This document shows positions 58,338 to 64,000 of a DNA stretch of 64,000 bases, piece after piece. Source of the DNA: an uncultured delta proteobacterium (GTDB lineage Bacteria > Desulfobacterota > Zymogenia > Zymogenales > Zymogenaceae); contig CAVTLK010000001.1 in assembly GCA_963735595.1 (NCBI GenBank), positions 32,001-96,000 of the forward strand, in the 5' to 3' direction. The translations under genes were made by a program, and so were the position numbers. The notes under the pieces were generated by a model that saw only the letters and a program-made list of their open reading frames with translations, was not told the origin of the DNA and did not search any database. The first letter of the stretch is position 1. Each line of letters starts with the position of its first letter.

Positions 58338-60708
58338 CGTTGTTCCTCTCCTTGTATGATTCCTCGAATTCTTCGTCAATGACCGGCACGGGGTAGTCGA
58401 TGCGCTGGTGAAAGATACCGTTGAGCACCTTAGTGAAACTCTTTCCGATGGCGTCCAGGTCCTTCAAGGTAAGCTCACACTGGTCAAGCTGACCGTCGAG
58501 AAAGAGGCGGTTGATGATACTCTGGACCATCCCCTCAACCCTCGACGGTGAGGGATCGACCAGGACCTTGCTCGCGGCCTCGACGTTGTCGGCAAGGAGC
58601 ACGATTCCCGCTTCGCGCGTTTGAGGTTTTGGGCCGGGGTAGCGGAAGTGTTTTTCATCGACCGGTCTCTCTTTGGCATCTTCTGATTCCCTGGCCTTCT
58701 GAAAAAAGAAGTTCATGAGGTGGGTGCCGTGGTGCTGCTTGATGATATCGATAATCTCGGAACCGAGCCGGTACTTTTTGCCCATATCCACGCCTTCCTT
58801 GACGTGGGAAATGATTATCAGACCCGACATGTGGGGGGTTAACCTATCATGGGGATTACGCTCGTTTCTGATATTTTCAATAAAGTAGTTCGGCTTGTTT
58901 ATTTTCCCGATGTCATGGTAGTAGGAGCTGACCCTGGCAAGGAGCGGATTGACGCCGATAGCCGTCGAACCGGCCTCCGCGAGCGTCCCTACGATAATGC
59001 TGTGGTGATACGTCCCCGGAGCGGAAATTATCATCTCCTTGAGCAGGGGATGTTCCAGGTTGCTGAGCTCAACCAGCTTGATATCGGTGATATAGCCGAA
59101 CGCGGCCTCCACAAGCGGCGTGACGCCCAGAACAATCACGGAAGAGATTATACCGCCGGCAAAACCCATCACCATATCGAAGACTATCGTCTTGAAATCC
59201 GATCCGATACTGGAAAGGACATCGGTCGACAGCAGATTGAGGCGGGATAGATAGATCACGAAAATCAACAGCGCGTTCATAAGACCCACGAGCAACCCGG
59301 CGTTGACGATCGTCGAGCGCTGCTTTGTCTGGGCTACAAGATGGGAGCCCAGAATCGAACCGATAAAGATATAGACGGTAAAGAAGATGTCGCCGCCGAT
59401 GATGATCCCGGTGAACGCGCTCACGATGATCGAATAGATGACGGCGACCTCGGAGTTGAGAACGATCCTCACCAGCATCGCGCCCGCGACGATAGGAGCG
59501 GCGTACTTATACGATACGTCGGGAATAACCGTGAAGGTATCGGCCACCGAACCTGATATGAAGATAAAGAAGCGGGTAAGGGCGCAAAATAGGAGCGCAA
59601 CGACCCCCAGGAGAAGGAGGTCCCTGTTGGTCAGGTTAAACTTTTTGATATTCCTGGTAGCAAAGAGATACGTGCAATAAATAATAATCCCGATAAAAAG
59701 AAAGATCCCGCAGTAAGCGAGGAGGATATTGTAATCGTTTTGCGATTCAATAATTCCCTCGAAAATCGTCAGGTGGTATTTGAGGACCTTGGCGCCGTCC
59801 CGGATGATCATCTCTCCCTTCTTGATGGAAATCGTGACCGGTTTTACGCCTTCCGCCGCCAGATGCCGGCGTCGATCGGTCTCAAGGAAGTTAAAGGTAA
59901 CGTTTGGTTTTACCAGGTATGTCGCCACGTCGCGCGCTAAAGAGACAGTCCGCCCTGGAAATTTTGAGTAGAGGGAGTTAGACTTCTTTTCGATAAGCTT
60001 CTTGGCATCGTTGAGCTCGACGATTTCATCAACGTTACGCAAGAGCGTTTCCGATTTCGTCTGGTCATCGATAATGACTATGCCGTTTTTCTTGATCTCG
60101 GGGACGATCGTAGCGTAGGAGGCGACGATGTACCGGCTGTAAAGGCCGTCCAGAAGCTGCTTGAGTGCGGCGTCTATCTGAGGCCTAAACCGTTGGCTCT
60201 TGAGCTCCAGGAATATCTCGTCGGGCAGCTGGGTCCCGATGAGATCAAAGAAGTCGGTACGATTCCGATCAAAGAGGGCGTCGCGGTTTTCGTCATTCTG
60301 TGTTTCGGCGGCGATTTCTCTCATGTGTCCGAATGCGGAGTTTATGCGTCCGAAGGTTCTTGTCTGGGCGTTTACATCGAGGTCGTAAACCGCGGGTATC
60401 TTGCTGGCGGCCTCTTCCCTGAGTTCCTTGGTGGCCACCTTGTCGGTGATCAGGTAATCCCGGTTGGCCTTGATATCGGTCGTCGAAAAGTCACCTATCT
60501 CGTAGGAGAGATTGGGCATCCGGGAGCTCGGGTTGATGACGAGAGCCATGAGGGTTACAAAGGTTACGAACATCAACAACCGCTGGATGCGCGGGTTGCG
60601 ATACGTCTCCTGGTCTATGAGTATCGTCAGGGGCTTGAAGAGCTTGCTTTCGTTGAGCTTCTTCATCAGCAGCCAGTAGGCCCGAGACAGGTTAGTCTTG
60701 AATTTCAT
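58234..60708 (-). CDS. 7TM-HD phosphohydrolase (PgpH-like)
   Basis: Extracytoplasmic domain, TM bundle, [20 protein letters not shown] and [11 protein letters not shown] motifs. Confidence 0.9.
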   Translation of the reverse strand: MKFKTNLSRAYWLLMKKLNESKLFKPLTILIDQETYRNPRIQRLLMFVTFVTLMALVINPSSRMPNLSYEIGDFSTTDIKANRDYLITDKVATKELREEAASKIPAVYDLDVNAQTRTFGRINSAFGHMREIAAETQNDENRDALFDRNRTDFFDLIGTQLPDEIFLELKSQRFRPQIDAALKQLLDGLYSRYIVASYATIVPEIKKNGIVIIDDQTKSETLLRNVDEIVELNDAKKLIEKKSNSLYSKFPGRTVSLARDVATYLVKPNVTFNFLETDRRRHLAAEGVKPVTISIKKGEMIIRDGAKVLKYHLTIFEGIIESQNDYNILLAYCGIFLFIGIIIYCTYLFATRNIKKFNLTNRDLLLLGVVALLFCALTRFFIFISGSVADTFTVIPDVSYKYAAPIVAGAMLVRIVLNSEVAVIYSIIVSAFTGIIIGGDIFFTVYIFIGSILGSHLVAQTKQRSTIVNAGLLVGLMNALLIFVIYLSRLNLLSTDVLSSIGSDFKTIVFDMVMGFAGGIISSVIVLGVTPLVEAAFGYITDIKLVELSNLEHPLLKEMIISAPGTYHHSIIVGTLAEAGSTAIGVNPLLARVSSYYHDIGKINKPNYFIENIRNERNPHDRLTPHMSGLIIISHVKEGVDMGKKYRLGSEIIDIIKQHHGTHLMNFFFQKARESEDAKERPVDEKHFRYPGPKPQTREAGIVLLADNVEAASKVLVDPSPSRVEGMVQSIINRLFLDGQLDQCELTLKDLDAIGKSFTKVLNGIFHQRIDYPVPVIDEEFEESYKERNNGDSAPYKREAPSANNRKNNNHKNAGTARTPGKGH

Positions 60709-61690
60709 TGGAATCGGTATTTCTTTCCTTTTTATGGTTATCTTTGTTATCGTAGGCCTTGATGATCTCGCGGACGAGCCGATGACGGACTACGTCGGTA
60801 TCGGTAAAGTAGCAGAATTTTATCCCTTCAATGTCCGTGAGGATTTCGTTGGCCTGCACCAGTCCGGACCGCTTCCCGTCGGGGAGATCGATCTGGGTTA
60901 TGTCTCCAGTTATGACCGTCTTGGAATTGAAACCAAGCCGTGTCAGGAACATCTTCATTTGCTCGCCCGTGGTGTTCTGGGCCTCGTCTAAAACTATAAA
61001 CGAATCGTTGAGAGTCCTGCCCCTCATAAAGGCCAGGGGGGCCACTTCAATAATTCCCTTGTTTACGAGTCTCTGGGCCTGATCGAAGTCCATCATGTCG
61101 TGAAGGGCATCATAAAGAGGGCGAAGGTACGGGTTGATCTTTTCATAAAGATCGCCGGGGAGAAAGCCGAGCTTCTCGCCCGCCTCCACTGCAGGCCGGG
61201 TCAGGATTATTCTATCGATTTTTCCTTTGGCGATCCAATCCATTGCCGTTGCCATAGCGAGATAGGTTTTTCCTGTCCCGGCCGGCCCGATGCCGAATAC
61301 GATATCATATTTTCGGATTGATTCTATATAGCGTTTCTGGGCGAGGCTCTTTGGTGTAATGTGACGCTTCTTTGCCGAGATATAGACTGTGTCCAGAAAG
61401 ATGTCCTTGAGATTTACTCGACGATTGGATTTGATAATGCGAAGGGCGAAATCGATATCGGGCGAAAAGACAGGATATCCCTTTTTAAGCAGATCATAGA
61501 GCTGTGTGAGGAGGTTACGGATGATTTCGACTTCATCCTTATCTCCCGAGATTACGACCGTGCCACCCCGAACGGAAATTCTTGTTCCGGTGTCTCTCTC
61601 GATAAGAGACAGGTGATTGTTGTTTTCTCCAAAGAGCGCACGCGCAAGATTATTATCGTCAAATTCGATTTTTGTCGTATTTTCCAACAA
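60692..61690 (-). CDS. phoH: PhoH-family ATPase
   Basis: [35 protein letters not shown] and DEAQN motifs. Confidence 0.95.
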   Translation of the reverse strand: MLENTTKIEFDDNNLARALFGENNNHLSLIERDTGTRISVRGGTVVISGDKDEVEIIRNLLTQLYDLLKKGYPVFSPDIDFALRIIKSNRRVNLKDIFLDTVYISAKKRHITPKSLAQKRYIESIRKYDIVFGIGPAGTGKTYLAMATAMDWIAKGKIDRIILTRPAVEAGEKLGFLPGDLYEKINPYLRPLYDALHDMMDFDQAQRLVNKGIIEVAPLAFMRGRTLNDSFIVLDEAQNTTGEQMKMFLTRLGFNSKTVITGDITQIDLPDGKRSGLVQANEILTDIEGIKFCYFTDTDVVRHRLVREIIKAYDNKDNHKKERNTDSNEIQD

Positions 61691-61692
61691 TA

Positions 61693-62841
61693 TTACCTTG
61701 TTTCGAGCGTATAGTCCTGCAATGACGGCGTGTAGTCGAACAACGATTCCCAGCCGGGCCGTACGTCTTCGAGGTAGCCGCTGCCTGACAGCTCATCGAG
61801 GTCATCTGGATATCTCCCATTAAGGAGATAAAATGTGGAAAGAGGGTAGGTTATTGTATCTTTAATCGCGATATTTTGTGCTTTGTTAAAACTCATCCGT
61901 GTTTTGTCTGAAATAGAAAAATTGGAGACAATACGGGGATAGGAGAAGAACAGGAAGACGACCAGGATAAAGAAGATCCCGAAGAAGATACCTTTTAACA
62001 GGACATTATGGATAGAAACGGGGGCCGCCGCGTCCTTTCTCTCCTCGACCTCAAATGAAATATCTATAAGCTGTTTTTCCATCAGTGATACGAGGGCCTT
62101 GATGGTCTCAAACTCGCCAAGCCGTCCGATATTAATAATATCCTTTACGGTTTTGGTTCCGTCGACAAGATAAAACAGCTTCTTTTCCTCGGGCGTGATC
62201 ACCTTATCATCACTCTGCGCGTTTTTTTCCTCGGCGAATATTGAGTGCTCATCGACTCCTTCGGCATGTTCCAGAACCGTCCAGATCCCTATCTCCTCAT
62301 CGGCACCCGGCATTTTCTCAAAGACGAGATTGTAGGAATAGACCTTCCGTCTGAGGTCGGGAAGCTCGTCTATCATACGAAGACTATCCATGAGGAAATG
62401 CTCGGTATTTATCGGCTCAATCGCCTTCTTGTCATAGTTAATCAGACGCTGGTTAAAATAATAATCCCCCCGCTTCCAGGAAAGGAGTTTGAAGATCGTT
62501 TCGTGGGTCTGAAGTTTGAGAAAATGGCGCAGGTCGACGATCGAAATAAAGCCTGCCTCGATCAGGATATCGCCAAGCTTCCTGAGCGTCTCCCTCTGAA
62601 GCTCGAGGGCATTCGTCAATTGCTTGCGGGAAATCAGGTTAGCCTTTATAAGCATCTCACCGAGGTTTTCCTGTTCGGTCCTTTTCTTTAAATTGGCCGA
62701 TACGATTTGGCCCCTGTCGAAAAGGACATCGGCTTGATTATCTTTTTCTGAAATAGTCAGAATACCGCTCTTCTGCTGTTGATAGAGAAGCTGCAGTATG
62801 TCTACTACGGAAAAGTCTTTGATGTCGCCTTGAAGGGCCAC
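61693..62841 (-). CDS. DUF4388-domain membrane-anchored protein
   Basis: [32 protein letters not shown]...ALELQ and one TM segment. Confidence 0.85.
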   Translation of the reverse strand: MALQGDIKDFSVVDILQLLYQQQKSGILTISEKDNQADVLFDRGQIVSANLKKRTEQENLGEMLIKANLISRKQLTNALELQRETLRKLGDILIEAGFISIVDLRHFLKLQTHETIFKLLSWKRGDYYFNQRLINYDKKAIEPINTEHFLMDSLRMIDELPDLRRKVYSYNLVFEKMPGADEEIGIWTVLEHAEGVDEHSIFAEEKNAQSDDKVITPEEKKLFYLVDGTKTVKDIINIGRLGEFETIKALVSLMEKQLIDISFEVEERKDAAAPVSIHNVLLKGIFFGIFFILVVFLFFSYPRIVSNFSISDKTRMSFNKAQNIAIKDTITYPLSTFYLLNGRYPDDLDELSGSGYLEDVRPGWESLFDYTPSLQDYTLETR

Positions 62842-62853
62842 AACGCTCTCCTG

Positions 62854-64000
62854 TTAATTGTCGGACAGTTCGGATCTAATGAAATCACTTTGGGCGAAGA
62901 TATACGTTATAATAGCGCCCGCAACAAAAAGAAACGGACTATGAATAAGCGGGAATCCCAAGGATTTTACGGGATAGACTACGATACCACGAAGGAAAAC
63001 AAGCTGGACAAGGAAGAAAGAAAACAAAGAGAGCGTAATAAAACCTCTCATGCTACGGCCGCGATAGATTCGTCCGAAGCCCGGTATCACGGTGTTGGCA
63101 ATAATAAGGACGATCTTTCTGATATAGTTGGTTTGATCCACTTTCATTCGCAGGTCGGCCTTTGTTTTTGGGTCAATTCCTTCCTTGCGAACGAAAACCG
63201 AGAAGCAGCGATTACAGGCATCACGCCGTTCCATGTGTGGCTGGGATTTGAGGAGAAACGGAAGGCCGCAGAATCTGCAGTATTTGGAAATGACGTTCCT
63301 GTTGGCAAGGGAGCCGGAGATCAGCAAGAAAATTATCCCCACTACGCCGACAACCGGAACGGCGCGTAATCCAATCCCTTTCATCAGGTTGCTAAAAATT
63401 CCGTCGGCAAGCTCACGGGGTTCGCTCATAATGAAGACCCGTTTCCATAATAGGCTGTCGGGCAGGTCCTCGTCGAGGACCATACGGTTAGTTCTTTCGA
63501 GAAACGTGGGCTCACCCGCATCTTCTTTGATTTCAACGTCAAGGAATGCGGTGATACGTGCGGGATCGAGTTTCATCGCCATATCGTAGTATTCCTCGGC
63601 GGTCCTCAGGTCAAACCGGGTCATATCGATCTTGTATAGGTTATAGTAAGGGGCAACAAGATCGGGGTCTGCGGCACTTGCCGCAAGGAAAAGATCTTCG
63701 GCGCGCGCATAGTCATGGATAATAAAATGGATGGCGCCGAGGTTATTGAGGGCGGGTGCGGATGAAGGATCAATCTCGATGACCTTTTCGTAATAACGCT
63801 GAGCATAATCGAGATAGCCCGTGCGCTTATTGAGGGTTCCGAGGGTAAAAAGGGCAGGGATGTCGTCGGGGTTATCGGCAACCCAGTCGTTCAGGGACTT
63901 TTCCGCCTCGAGGGTGTAGGTATCCTCTTTGATCTGTACGATCTCATCGATAACGTCGCGGTGAGTGGAAAGCATAAGGGCCGAGGTGTAGTTAAGGTAA
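62854..64000 (-). CDS. TPR-containing membrane protein (5' end outside window)
   Basis: ALNNLG/PYYNL TPR units, CxxCG...CxxC and TM helices. Confidence 0.8.
   Translation of the reverse strand, partial: YLNYTSALMLSTHRDVIDEIVQIKEDTYTLEAEKSLNDWVADNPDDIPALFTLGTLNKRTGYLDYAQRYYEKVIEIDPSSAPALNNLGAIHFIIHDYARAEDLFLAASAADPDLVAPYYNLYKIDMTRFDLRTAEEYYDMAMKLDPARITAFLDVEIKEDAGEPTFLERTNRMVLDEDLPDSLLWKRVFIMSEPRELADGIFSNLMKGIGLRAVPVVGVVGIIFLLISGSLANRNVISKYCRFCGLPFLLKSQPHMERRDACNRCFSVFVRKEGIDPKTKADLRMKVDQTNYIRKIVLIIANTVIPGFGRIYRGRSMRGFITLSLFSFFLVQLVFLRGIVVYPVKSLGFPLIHSPFLFVAGAIITYIFAQSDFIRSELSDN

Overview
Mostly core chromosome of a deltaproteobacterial/Desulfobacterota-like organism. The taxonomy is inferred from the romR-like/valS/nadC/birA/coaX/EF-G2/MglA-like block, the DUF4388 genes and the phoH-7TM-HD-ybeY-lnt-prfB block. 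Many genes between about 0 and 43 kb carry single-base indels, including essential ones (valS, serS, coaX); these look like long-read errors. Only the prfB CTT-TGA shift looks programmed. The standout is an AT-rich 2.4 kb island (38.55-40.97 kb) behind a near-consensus sigma70 promoter. It holds two tandem copies of a module of two small paralogous HTH-like genes plus one larger gene. The two larger proteins share an N-terminal helical domain but carry different C-termini: two transmembrane helices in one, a Swt1-like HEPN RNase in the other. This is a candidate undescribed defence or toxin system with interchangeable effectors. Other notable signals: inverted REP-like composite repeats at 37.3 and 43.0 kb, a dual-hairpin plus terminator RNA, three likely leaderless mRNAs, a possible ACG start for hflX, two tRNA-Ser genes after serS, and a TetR-linked CoA-dependent catabolic cluster. 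All family calls come from motif recognition; no searches were run.
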